Source: Eledone cirrhosa (taxonomy: Eukaryota). From it: a stretch of DNA of 64,000 bases. The DNA is taken from positions 77,624,001-77,688,000 of the forward strand of contig OZ024747.1 in the NCBI GenBank assembly GCA_964016885.1. Reading direction: 5' to 3'. Under the pieces are notes generated by a model, which searched no databases, was not told the DNA's origin, and was given only the letters and a program-made list of their open reading frames with translations. The stretch's first letter is position 1, and every line of letters starts with the position of its first letter. This document shows positions 24,268 through 37,600 of the stretch, in pieces. The translations under genes and the position numbers were made by a program.

Positions 24268-24750
24268 TATACCTGCAATATAATTAGACAAAGGTGTGGA
24301 TGTGTGGTGTAGTTAAGGAATTATTCCTGCAATATAATTAGACACAGGTGTGGATGTGTGGTGTAGTTAAGGAATTATACCTGCAATATAATTAGACACA
24401 GGTGTGGATGTGTGGTGTAGTTAAGGAATTATACCTGCAATACAGGTAGACACAGGTGTGAATGTGTGGTGTAGTTAAGGAATTATACCTGCAATACAGG
24501 TAGACACAGGTGTGGATGTGTGGTGTAGTTAAGGAATTATACCTGCAATACAGGTAGACACAGGTGTGGATGTGTGGTGTAGTTAAGGAATTATACCTGC
24601 AATACAGGTAGACACAGGTGTGGATGTGTGGTGTGGTTAAGGAATTATACCTGCAATACAAGTAGACACAGGTGTGGATGTGTGGTGTAGTTAAGGAATT
24701 ATACCTGCAATACAGGTAGACACAGGTGTGGATGTGTGGTGTAGTTAAGG
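24268..24750 (+). repeat. 60-bp tandem repeat (~8 copies) overlapping a SINE 5' end
   Basis: Unit tacctgcaatacaggtagacacaggtgtggatgtgtggtgtagttaaggaatta. Confidence 0.95.
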
Positions 24751-25005
24751 GGTTCATTTCTAAACCATGTGGTTTCAGTTTCATTCCCACTATGTAACTG
24801 AGACTTGGAACAAAGTCTCTTCTACAATAGCCTCAGATTGATTAATGCTCTGTGAGGGGTTTCATTTGTATTTGTGTTTATGGCCCATCATTTAGAGATT
24901 TGACGAAAAAGAGATTGGTAAAATATAAGTACTGGGGTGAATATGATCAAATTTAAGATAGGGTCTCAGTGTGGTTACAGTTTAATGAGTGAAACCGGTA
25001 AAATA
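24724..25005 (+). mobile_element. Degenerate tRNA-derived SINE (octopus-type)
   Basis: ggtgtggatgtgtgg..ttaagg...accatgtggtttcagtttcattcccact...cttggaacaaagtctcttctacaatagcctc, with A/B-box-like head. Confidence 0.6.
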
Positions 25006-25962
25006 GTAATGTCCAGCCAGCCCAACCAGTAGGTCAGTCTGTCCAGCCAACCAGCCTGACCAACCAGCCTGATCAGCCAGCCAGCCAAGTCAGGTCAGGT
25101 AGCCACTCCAGCCAGCCAGCCAAGTCAGGTCAGGTCAGGTAGTCAGGTCAGGTAGCCAGTCCAGCCAGCCAATCAGTCCAACCAACTTGACCACTCCAGC
25201 CAGCCCAGGTAATATATATTATAGGGAGAAATACCCAAATATACACACACACACACACCTTCAACAACAGATGTGAAGAGAATAACAACCAGCCCCATTC
25301 CCTCCACCTATCAACTCATGCTAAATATTGACACTTGTCAATGTGCAAAATAAATAAGCCACAAACTTAATAGAAAAACAGGTGTGTGTATATACAAGTA
25401 GATGTAGTGTCATATAATTAAACCCTATGGCCCAGAGGTCAACCACAATAAAACATCTATCTCTCTCACACACACACACACACTACACATTATAAAATAT
25501 ATATAAATAGCAAAACATGTGAAATGGACTCCACCTGTTGGGCACTAAGAAAGCAGTAGTGTAGAGAAGACATCATACAGGTGAAGAGGAAGTACTTGAA
25601 GGGGTGCAATACCATTGATAAGGTCATGGGTTGTGATGAAAGAAACCCTAACAGATTAATCAATTAATCTATTGCATGATTAATTAATGAACTAATTATA
25701 TATATTGGCCAGATGGTGCTATTAAGTTAGACATGGTCTTGACCAATACTGGCCGAAACTTATCAAAGTTATAATTGATTGATAATACCTCCACCCGAAG
25801 TGATAAACAACCAGCACATGTTTATATAATCAATATGACCCTCCCAAAGTACAACAATGTCATAACATTACTAACCAAATAAAAGTAAGTCTACATTTTC
25901 TCAACAAAGTCATTATTTCAGCCTAAATTATGTGGTGTGTTTATGATGTGTTTTATATAAAA

Positions 25963-26200
25963 TACAGTGGGACCTTGCTTCACAAACACTTCTCATTACG
26001 AACAAATGAGTTCGCAAACAATTTTTCCAAACATAAAACGTCTCGACAAACGGTATCTTGAGTAACAAACACACAAACTTGGAGTATCGGTAATGAAGTG
26101 TCACTTGTGTAGTTAGTTACTATGATGATATCTACCTCACTTTCACACAGTCTCTCATTTTGTATAGGGAAAATAGTTTCAGTTTATGAACATTGTTCCA
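25963..26200. mobile_element. Degenerate Tigger/pogo-like DNA transposon end
   Basis: TA-cagtgggaccttgcttcacaaac...ttacgaacaa resembles CAGTGGAACCTCG..TTACGAAC termini. Confidence 0.4.
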
Positions 26201-27644
26201 TTGAACTACATTTTTTTAACAGTTTTATCTCTACTTTTATGATGTATTAAATAAGAACATTAGAGTCATGTATGAAATAAACGGTTGTGTGTTCAATCCC
26301 AGTCCTGAACACCAATACCTAAATATAGCAAATATGGGACCTGGTGTTGAAATTTAATATTTGACACTACTTTTGTGGCTCACCTGCTTATTTGATTTTA
26401 CTAATCTATCTCTGGTGAAATTTTATTTTAACTGGTAGCATTCCTGCGATAATCAATTTTCTTTAGACATTAAAAACATTAAACATAACAAAAAAAGAAC
26501 ATTACAAGAAGTCCTACATGTTATAATTAGGTTGAGTTGGGGAATCATATGTAAACTAAATGACTAAATCTTGTTTTTTTTTCTAAATCAAGGGAGGCAA
26601 CCTAAAAAAATAACAGTTGCACCCCCCTCCAATTATTTGGGACTAGAGAGTATGTGCAAGATGAAAGTTTAACATCATCAAAAATAGTTATTTTATTCTG
26701 TTAACACAATTCTAGATCTGGAATATAGATTTACTTATTTTTAATTCAGTTAGTTAAGTTTATCTTTAAATAAAAGTTTAAAGAAAATATTTCAAAGAAA
26801 GGTAAATTTGAAGCTGTTTTATTAACATATTTTTTCTCAATTATATATTAAAAAAATAAAAAAAAAATTTAAAATAGATTATCAAAAAGAGAAAATCATG
26901 TTAGTGATTCTGAGAGAACTAAAGCATTATCTGAAAATAAAACCCAATAGAAAACTAGCATTCAACTTACCAGAATATTGTATTACATGCCAAACTGCTG
27001 TAATTGGAAACATAACACAGCAAAGGGGAAAATACATTGAGTATTTAAAAGAATGGCACATCAAAACTTGTTTATTAAAATACTTTATAGTTTTCCATGA
27101 ACATTTAGGGAAAATATATTTAAAAAAAACTTTAAGTGATTTTTACACATCTGGGGAAAATCAGAATTTATTTAGATACAGAATTGGTTCACTCATTATT
27201 TGGTGTGTGGTATGTTGTTTTCTGAATATTATATAAACACTCAATTCTGCCTAATTATCCACACTTCAAGTCTTTCTGCTGATACCACCAGACAGTAGAG
27301 ATATCACAAGATAATAATAATTCTACAAAGAAATTTTACAGAGGTTGCAAGGAAACTTATTCAAAATCCAAACTGGTCTTTCACATATGGTTATAATATT
27401 TGTAATATATACAATATGAGTGAATATGTTTTCATTTATGTCTTTATTACTAAGTATCCGATTTTTTTTTGATTTTTTTTTTTGATTTTTTTTTTTTTTT
27501 ATTACAGATCTATATTTTGTATATAGAAGAAAAGTTACCTGCCAAAATAATTGTTCTTATTTTGTCCCAGAAATCTTTTTACAGACATCTTAATCCTTCT
27601 TTGATAGTAAAGGGGGAGGTTCTCACCAAATGTAATAATAATAA

Positions 27645-27865
27645 TAGTTTCTGATTTAGGCAAAAGGCCAACAATTTTGGGGGGAGGGGAAGGGTGATTA
27701 AATTGACCTCAGTGCATTACTGGTACTGTATTTTATCGACCCTGTAAGGATGAAAGGCAAAGCTAACCACAACAGGATTTGAAATCAGAACGTAAAGGGT
27801 GATAACTATTCCATGAAGGGCATGGTGTCCGACGCTCTACCAGTTCTGTCAATCTACTTCCCTGA
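27645..27865 (-). mobile_element. tRNA-SINE, family of 990-3410
   Basis: Same diagnostic motifs. Confidence 0.85.
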
Positions 27866-28042
27866 TAGCAAGTAGATAAATGTTTCTAGCCAACTAGAAA
27901 TTGTTTTCTTTGATCACATGCCTTTATTTAATAAAGACTTGCTTTTAAAAATGAAAATAATGAATTACCACACAAGCTGAATTACCAAAGGTAGATCATC
28001 ATACAAAAATCAATTCACTTGTTAATAACAGATCTAATCTAT

Positions 28043-28345
28043 CTAAGGCGGGTAAAATTCCCGAGATCCATGGACGAGTTCTCTCCAGCGGTCTCTGTCC
28101 CTCATTATCGCTGCCATATCCTGCATCTCCAACAGACCAGTGTCTGTCCTTAGGGCATCAACATATGTTAACCTTGGTCTTCCTCTTCTAGTGTGTCCAT
28201 GTAGGGGCTCCCAAAGGAGCACTGAGTGCAATGTCAACTCTGGATGTCGGTGAGCATGTCCAGCCAACCTCAGTCTTCTCTGTGTCACTTTTGAGCTGAC
28301 TTTTGGGATGCTCCCATACAGCTCTGAGTTTTTCATCCTCAGTGT
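28043..28345 (-). mobile_element. 3' fragment of a second RTE-like LINE family
   Basis: ELYGSIPKVS...RRLRLAGH..RHPE...LLWEP.HG..RRGRPRLTYVD.L..DTGL, a typical RTE-type C-terminus. Confidence 0.8.
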
Positions 28346-28745
28346 ATCATCATCATCATCATCATCAGGTTTAGCGTCCGTGTTCCACGCTTGCATGGGT
28401 TTGGACGGGGGTTTTCCCACTTGAGGCAAGAGTGGTTGTCTTGCTCGCATAGGACTGTCTGGCGGGTTTTCTACAGTTGGATGCCCTTCCTAACACCAAC
28501 CACATTTACAGTGTGGGGCTGGGAGGTTTTTACCGTGTTGCCTACACGGCCACATTACAGCGTGGACTGTCTGGCGGGTTTTCTACAGCTGGATGCCCTT
28601 CCTAACACCAACCACATTTACAGTGTGGGGCTGGGAGGTTTTTACCGTGTTGCCTACACGGCCACATTTACAGCGTGGACTGTGTGTTTTTTGTCGTGAC
28701 ACCTACACGATCTCATTTGTCTCATTTGTTTCGGCCTGGATGTTG
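28346..28745 (-). mobile_element. RTE 3' UTR fragment with internal ~110-bp tandem duplication
   Basis: Near-identical to 11491-11762. The segment ggactgtctggcggg...cagcgtggactg occurs twice. Confidence 0.88.
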
Positions 28746-28780
28746 TGGGACCAACATGTATATATATATATATATATCTA

Positions 28781-28829
<49 letters not shown>

Positions 28830-28985
28830 CATTGGTTGGTGTTAGGAAGGGCCTCCTACTGTGGAAACCAAGCTAAAAGCAGTTCTGGATGAGCAAGACA
28901 CGGTCCTCTGATCTGACTGTCTCACGGCAGGTCAACTTGTCTAACCTAGCGTGGAAAAATGGACACTAAATGGTGATGACAATGA
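28830..28985 (+). mobile_element. Diverged RTE 3' UTR fragment, opposite orientation
   Basis: ggttggtgttaggaagggc...gtctaacctagcgtggaaaa is the reverse complement of the RTE tail. Confidence 0.75.
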
Positions 28986-30065
28986 TACATCTTGATTTAG
29001 AGTTTGCCCAAGGCAAGGTATATCAAATATAAAAATCAATTATTATACTCCTCCTTAGAATGAGACAGAGTACAGAATAGATCAAGAAGCTATATCAATG
29101 ATTCAGTTTTATAATTTTACTGTATTTTTATCACTTCTGCCCTTGAGATATGTAATATCAATGTGGATAATCAACCACAGACAGATATCTCTGATTAAAA
29201 ACATAATCAAGCATAGTTGACTACAACTGTCTGAGCTTCTTTTTCTTTCCTTTAGGGGGGGGGGGGGGGGGGGGGGTACCAGATTAATATCAAGGAAACA
29301 ATATTTCCATTGGTCTTCCCATTAATAATACTATCTGCTGGTTGTAACCAATGGCAGAAACATCACTATTTTTCCAATGACAGGAGGCAGGGTTTGAACT
29401 TACAATACACTGAACCAGAGTAGATACTAAAAAGCACCCAACTCTTAACAATCCTGCCAATCCATTGCCGCCGCCGCTGCTAATTTATTTATAAATCCCA
29501 AAAAAGGAAGAAAAGCAAAGTAAAAACTCAACATGTTTGAACTAAAGGGTTGCAGGAAGCTGGAACAAATACCAAAACATGCTTCAACCCTACCAATTCA
29601 CCACATATTGTGTGAGAAGACATTTGACCCAATGTCCTACCAATTCACCACATGTTGAGGTAGTATTACCATACTAAGCTACATTAGTGAGAGACAGAGA
29701 TATATTAGTGAGAGAGAGAGACAGTATTACCACACTAAGCTACATTAGTGAGACAGTATTACTAGACTAAGCTATATTTACTTGACAGTGTAGGTGATTA
29801 AGTTAAGAACACAGTAAACATGAGAATTACAGCAAAGAGGTTATAAATCAGAAGAAATACAAGTGTGTATATAATTTGGCAGGTTTCTTATATTTCTATA
29901 ACTAAGCTACTACACCTTGTGTATTTCTGGGTATCTGTGCTTTCTTAACTTCTCTATATTAAAGTTGTTTATTGAATCTAAAGAGAAAACATGGAGCCAC
30001 GTGGCCTAGTGGTAAGGGTGTTGGACTTATGATCATAATGCTGTGTGTTCAGTTCCTGGACTGGG

Positions 30066-30392
30066 AATAGCTAAGTTGAACAAAACTGTACTTATAATAA
30101 GTTGGGCCAAACTATATTTATAATAGCTAAGTTGGGCCAAACTATATTTATAATAGCTAAGTTGGGCCAAACTATATTTATAATAGCTAAGTTGGACTAA
30201 ATTCTATTTATAATAGCTAAGTTGGACTAAATTCTATTTATAATAGCTAAGTTGGACTAAATTCTATTTATAATAGATACGTTGGACTAAATTCTATTTA
30301 TAATAGATACGTTGGACTAAATTCTATTTATAATAGCTAAGTTAGATTAAATTGTATTTATAATAGCTAAGTTGGACTAAATTCTATTTATT
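30066..30392 (+). repeat. 30-bp tandem repeat (~10 copies): taatagctaagttggactaaattctattta
   Basis: Direct reading. Begins right after a tRNA-like SINE head at 29992-30065. Confidence 0.95.
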
Positions 30393-31429
30393 CAATTAAC
30401 TTTATCAGATCCCATTAGTGGATATCCCATAAAAGGGGGATATCTTATTCTTATACGATGTGGACTATATTTTAATTACAGACGCGCGCGCGTGCGTGTG
30501 CGTGTGTGTGTGTGTTTGTTGTTGTTGTTGCTGCTGTTAGTTACAGTTTAGATAACCTACATAGAAACTTTAAAAGCTTATAAAGTTTAAATAAGAAGTT
30601 TAGTAGATCAAAGTATGTTGAGAACATATGTGGCCATGCTCTGGAATGAATCTTGGTAATCTATACCAAATTCTCAGCAGCATATCATGATTATTGAAGT
30701 CATGACAGCTTCTAGTTTGTTAAACTGTAGCCAGATTTTGCTCAACGTCTTGTACTGCATGAAACCACATTAACAAGACATTCTTGAAAAGTACAAATCA
30801 CTGTTGTGACTTAATTACATTAAAAAATGAAGTCTTTACTTTGATGCAGCAAATTTTCACAACAATCTGTCCACTATTAAAGATACTATAAACATTTGCA
30901 TTTAACAAGCCTATTTTTTTTAGATGTTCTCTATTAAATCATTATAGGATGTTAAGAGATAATACTGCAGATTTTCACAACTGTCCACTAGTTGTGAAAA
31001 TATCTATAAAACATTTGTTTATAGATATTTTCTGCTAAATCATTACAGGATATCAAGAGTTAATTTTTCCACTCTGTAAAATGACGGCAGTATCGAACTT
31101 CATTTTAAAAGCATTCTACTTAGCTTACAAGTGGTCTGGATAATTTACATATCTATGTTAGTTTAACAATTATTTGAAAAAAAGATTACTTTTAAGCCAA
31201 CACAGCACTGGAATTACAACACAGTTGTGAATATTTTAGTTCCACTGCTGTGTTGGTGTAATGGCAATTTCTTTTAACTAACACCTATATAATATGTAAA
31301 TTAGCTCAATCACATTGAATTTATAATTTATGTAGCTGTAAGATGTGATGTGTTGGCATAATGGAATGGTTAACCCAAGTCTGACAACATCTAATGAACC
31401 AGAACTGTATTATGGTCAATTCAACACTC

Positions 31430-31680
31430 ATGTTCTTTTCACCAGAATTTAGTGTATGTCCCAAAGATTCATTCCATCTGCACAACACATGCCAGGACAG
31501 TCCATCATATCCATCAATGGAGAATGACAGCCCAGCATGTGACTGTGGGGACCCTGACCAGACAATGCTGAATGTTGTTCAGGATTGTCCCCTCAGACGT
31601 TTTCCATGTGGCCTATAAGCAATCCATAATACTACAAATGATGCCATAGTCTAGCTCACCAATCCTCGGTCTATCTCTCA
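31430..31680 (+). pseudogene. 3' end relic of a LINE ORF (Ingi/Vingi-like C-terminal Cys motif)
   Basis: SPACDCGDPDQTMLNVVQDCPLRRFPCGL*AIHNTTNDAIV*LTN. Family assignment is from memory of Ingi/Vingi C-termini. Confidence 0.65.
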
Positions 31681-34600
31681 CCAATCCTTGGTCTATCTCT
31701 CCAACTGTCCACCATAGTCTAGCTCATCAATCCCTGATCTATCTCTCTAACTGGCCACCATAGTCTGAGGATTGGTGAGCTAGACTATGGTGGACAGTTA
31801 GAGAGATAGACCAGGGATTGGTGAGCTAGACTAACTGTCCACCATAGTCTAGCTCACCAATCCCTGGTCTATCTCTCTAACTGTCCACCATAGTCTAGCT
31901 CACCAATCCCTGGTCTATCTCTCTAACTGTCCACCATAGTCTAGCTCACCAATCCCTGGTCTATCTCTCTAACTATCCACCATAGTCTGGCTCACCAATC
32001 CCTGGTCTATCTCTCTAACTGTCCACCATAGTCTAGCTCACCAATCCCTGGTCTATCTCTCTAACTGTCCACCATAGTCTGGCTCACCAATCCCTGGTCT
32101 ATCTCTCTAACTGTCCACCATAGTCTAGCTCACCAATCCCTGGTCTATCTCTCTAACTGTCCACCATAGTCTGGCTCACCAATCCCTGGTCTATCTCTCT
32201 AACTGTCCACCATAGTCTAGCTCACCAATCCCTGGTCTATCTCTCTAACTGTCCACCATAGTCTAGCTCACCAATCCCTGGTCTATCTCTCTAACTATCC
32301 ACCATAGTCTGGCTCACCAATCCCTGGTCTATCTCTCTAACTGTCCACCATAGTCTAGTTCACCAATCCCTGGTCTATCTCTCTAACTATCCACCATAGT
32401 CTGGCTCACCAATCCCTGGTCTATCTCTCTAACTATCCACCATAGTCTGGCTCACCAATCCCTGGTCTATCTCTCTAACTGTCCACCATAGTCTGGCTCA
32501 CCAATCCCTGGTCTATCTCTCTAACTATCCACCATAGTCTAGCTCACCAATCCCTGGTCTATCTCTCTAACTGTCCACCATAGTCTGGCTCACCAATCCC
32601 TGGTCTATCTCTCTAACTATCCACCATAGTCTGGCTCACCAATCCCTGGTCTATCTCTCTAACTGTCCACCATAGTCTGGCTCACCAATCCCTGGTCTAT
32701 CTCTCTAACTGTCCACCATAGTCTAGCTCACCAATCCCTGGTCTATCTCTCTAACTGTCCACCATAGTCTGGCTCACCAATCCCTGGTCTATCTCTCTAA
32801 CTGTCCACCATAGTCTAGCTCACCAATCCCTGGTCTATCTCTCTAACTGTCCACCATAGTCTAGTTCACCAATCCCTGGTCTATCTCTCTAACTGTCCAC
32901 CATAGTCTAGCTCACCAATCCCTGGTCTATCTCTCTAACTGTCCACCATAGTCTGGCTCACCAATCCCTGGTCTATCTCTCTAACTATCCACCATAGTCT
33001 AGCTCACCAATCCCTGGTCTATCTCTCTAACTATCCACCATAGTCTAGCTCACCAATCCCTGGTCTATCTCTCTAACTGTCCACCATAGTCTAGTTCACC
33101 AATCCCTGGTCTATCTCTCTAACTGTCCACCATAGTCTAGCTCACCAATCCCTGGTCTATCTCTCTAACTGTCCACCATAGTCTAGCTCACCAATCCCTG
33201 GTCTATCTCTCTAACTGTCCACCATAGTCTAGCTCACCAATCCCTGGTCTATCTCTCTAACTGTCCACCATAGTCTAGCTCACCAATCCCTGGTCTATCT
33301 CTCTAACTGTCCACCATAGTCTAGTTCACCACTCACTGGTCTATCTCTCTAACTGTCCACCATAGTCTAGCTCACCAATCCCTGGTCTATCTCTCTAACT
33401 ATCCACCATAGTCTAGCTCACCAATCCCTGGTCTATCTCTCTAACTGTCCACCATAGTCTAGCTCACCAATCCCTGGTCTATCTCTCTAACTGTCCACCA
33501 TAGTCTAGCTCACCAATCCCTGGTCTATCTCTCTAACTGTCCACCATAGTCTAGTTCACCAATCCCTGGTCTATCTCTCTAACTGTCCACCATAGTCTAG
33601 CTCACCAATCCCTGGTCTATCTCTCTAACTGTCCACCATAGTCTAGTTCACCAATCCCTGGTCTATCTCTCTAACTATCCACCATAGTCTAGCTCACCAA
33701 TCCCTGGTCTATCTCTCTAACTATCCACCATAGTCTGGCTCACCAATCCCTGGTCTATCTCTCTACCTGTCCACCATAGTCTAGCTCACCAATCCCTGGT
33801 CTATCTCTCTAACTGTCCACCATAGTCTAGCTCACCAATCCCTGGTCTATCTCTCTAACTGTCCACCATAGTCTAGTTCACCAATCCCTGGTCTATCTCT
33901 CTAACTGTCCACCATAGTCTAGCTCACCAATCCCTGGTCTATCTCTCTATCCACCATAGTCTAGCTCACCAATCCCTGGTCTATCTCTCTAACTATCCAC
34001 CATAGTCTGGCTCACCAATCCCTGGTCTATCTCTCTAACTGTCCACCATAGTCTAGCTCACCAATCCCTGGTCTATCTCTCTAACTGTCCACCATAGTCT
34101 AGCTCACCAATCCCTGGTCTATCTCTCTAACTGTCCACCATAGTCTAGTTCACCAATCCCTGGTCTATCTCTCTAACTATCCACCATAGTCTAGCTCACC
34201 AATCCCTGGTCTATCTCTCTAACTATCCACCATAGTCTGGCTCACCAATCCCTGGTCTATCTCTCTAACTATCCACCATAGTCTAGCTCACCAATCCCTG
34301 GTCTATCTCTCTAACTATCCACCATAGTCTGGCTCACCAATCCCTGGTCTATCTCTCTAACTGTCCACCATAGTCTAGCTCACCAATCCCTGGTCTATCT
34401 CTCTAACTATCCACCATAGTCTAGCTCACCAATCCCTGGTCTATCTCTCTAACTGTCCACCATAGTCTGGCTCACCAATCCCTGGTCTATCTCTCTAACT
34501 ATCCACCATAGTCTAGCTCACCAATCCCTGGTCTATCTCTCTAACTATCCACCATAGTCTAGCTCACCAATCCCTGGTCTATCTCTCTAACTGTCCACCA

Positions 34601-37600
34601 TAGTCTGGCTCACCAATCCCTGGTCTATCTCTCTAACTATCCACCATAGTCTAGCTCACCAATCCCTGGTCTATCTCTCTAACTATCCACCATAGTCTAG
34701 CTCACCAATCCCTGGTCTATCTCTCTAACTATCCACCATAGTCTAGCTCACCAATCCCTGGTCTATCTCTCTAACTGTCCACCATAGTCTGGCTCACCAA
34801 TCCCTGGTCTATCTCTCTAACTATCCACCATAGTCTAGCTCACCAATCCCTGGTCTATCTCTCTAACTATCCACCATAGTCTAGCTCACCAATCCCTGGT
34901 CTATCTCTCTAACTATCCACCATAGTCTAGCTCACCAATCCCTGGTCTATCTCTCTAACTGTCCACCATAGTCTGGCTCACCAATCCCTGGTCTATCTCT
35001 CTAACTATCCACCATAGTCTAGCTCACCAATCCCTGGTCTATCTCTCTAACTGTCCACCATAGTCTAGCTCACCAATCCCTGGTCTATCTCTCTAACTAT
35101 CCACCATAGTCTAGCTCACCAATCCCTGGTCTATCTCTCTAACTATCCACCATAGTCTAGCTCACCAATCCCTGGTCTATCTCTCTAACTGTCCACCATA
35201 GTCTAGCTCACCAATCCCTGGTCTATCTCTCTAACTGTCCACCATAGTCTAGCTCACCAATCCCTGGTCTATCTCTCTAACTGTCCACCATAGTCTAGCT
35301 CACCAATCCCTGGTCTATCTCTCTAACTGTCCACCATAGTCTAGCTCACCAATCCCTGGTCTATCTCTCTAACTGTCCACCATAGTCTGGCTCACCAATC
35401 CCTGGTCTATCTCTCTAACTGTCCACCATAGTCTGGCTCACCAATCCCTGGTCTATCTCTCTAACTGTCCACCATAGTCTAGCTCACCAATCCCTGGTCT
35501 ATCTCTCTAACTGTCCACCATAGTCTGGCTCACCAATCCCTGGTCTATCTCTCTAACTGTCCACCATAGTCTAGCTCACCAATCCCTGGTCTATCTCTCT
35601 AACTGTCCACCATAGTCTGGCTCACCAATCCCTGGTCTATCTCTCTAACTGTCCACCATAGTCTAGCTCACCACTCCCTGGTCTATCTCTCTAACTGTCC
35701 ACCATAGTCTAGCTCACCAATCCCTGGTCTATCTCTCTAACTGTCCACCATAGTCTAGCTCACCAATCCCTGGTCTATCTCTCTAACTGTCCACCATAGT
35801 CTAGCTCACCAATCCCTGGTCTATCTCTCTAACTGTCCACCATAGTCTAGCTCACCAATCCCTGGTCTATCTCTCTAACTGTCCACCATAGTCTAGCTCA
35901 CCAATCCCTGGTCTATCTCTCTAACTATCCACCATAGTCTAGCTCACCAATCCCTGGTCTATCTCTCTAACTGTCCACCATAGTCTGGCTCACCAATCCC
36001 TGGTCTATCTCTCTAACTGTCCACCATAGTCTAGCTCACCAATCCCTGGTCTATCTCTCTAACTGTCCACCATAGTCTAGCTCACCAATCCCTGGTCTAT
36101 CTCTCTAACTGTCCACCATAGTCTAGCTCACCAATCCCTGGTCTATCTCTCTAACTATCCACCATAGTCTAGCTCACCAATCCCTGGTCTATCTCTCTAA
36201 CTGTCCACCATAGTCTAGCTCACCAATCCCTGGTCTATCTCTCTTACTGTCCACCATAGTCTAGCTCACCAATCCCTGGTCTATCTCTCTAACTATCCAC
36301 CATAGTCTAGCTCACCAATCCCTGGTCTATCTCTCTAACTATCCACCATAGTCTAGCTCACCAATCCCTGGTCTATCTCTCTAACTGTCCACCATAGTCT
36401 AGCTCACCAATCCCTGGTCTATCTCTCTAACTGTCCACCATAGTCTGGCTCACCAATCCCTGGTCTATCTCTCTAACTGTCCACCATAGTCTAGCTCACC
36501 AATCCCTGGTCTATCTCTCTAACTGTCCACCATAGTCTGGCTCACCAATCCCTGGTCTATCTCTCTAACTATCCACCATAGTCTAGCTCACCAATCCCTG
36601 GTCTATCTCTCTAACTGTCCACCATAGTCTGGCTCACCAATCCCTGGTCTATCTCTCTAACTATCCACCATAGTCTAGCTCACCAATCCCTGGTCTATCT
36701 CTCTAACTGTCCACCATAGTCTAGCTCACCAATCCCTGGTCTATCTCTCTAACTATCCACCATAGTCTGGCTCACCAATCCCTGGTCTATCTCTCTAACT
36801 GTCCACCATAGTCTGGCTCACCAATCCCTGGTCTATCTCTCTAACTGTCCACCATAGTCTGGCTCACCAATCCCTGGTCTATCTCTCTAACTGTCCACCA
36901 TAGTCTAGCTCACCAATCCCTGGTCTATCTCTCTAACTGTCCACCATAGTCTGGCTCACCAATCCCTGGTCTATCTCTCTAACTGTCCACCATAGTCTAG
37001 CTCACCAATCCCTGGTCTATCTCTCTAACTGTCCACCATAGTCTGGCTCACCAATCCCTGGTCTATCTCTCTAACTGTCCACCATAGTCTAGCTCACAAA
37101 TCCCTGGTCTATCTCTCTAACTGTCCACCATAGTCTAGCTCACCAATCCCTGGTCTATCTCTCTAACTGTCCACCATAGTCTAGCTCACCAATCCCTGGT
37201 CTATCTCTCTAACTGTCCACCATAGTCTAGCTCACAAATCCCTGGTCTATCTCTCTAACTGTCCACCATAGTCTAGCTCACAAATCCCTGGTCTATCTCT
37301 CTAACTGTCCACCATAGTCTAGCTCACCAATCCCTGGTCTATCTCTCTAACTGTCCACCATAGTCTAGCTCACCAATCCCTGGTCTATCTCTCTAACTGT
37401 CCACCATAGTCTAGCTCACCAATCCCTGGTCTATCTCTCTAACTGTCCACCATAGTCTAGCTCACCAATCCCTGGTCTATCTCTCTAACTGTCCACCATA
37501 GTCTAGTTCACCAATCCCTGGTCTATCTCTCTAACTGTCCACCATAGTCTAGCTCACCAATCCCTGGTCTATCTCTCTAACTGTCCACCATAGTCTAGCT

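Noticed and set aside
26898-27236. 112-aa ORF in AT-rich intron
   Set aside because: No recognisable motifs or splice context. Likely chance.
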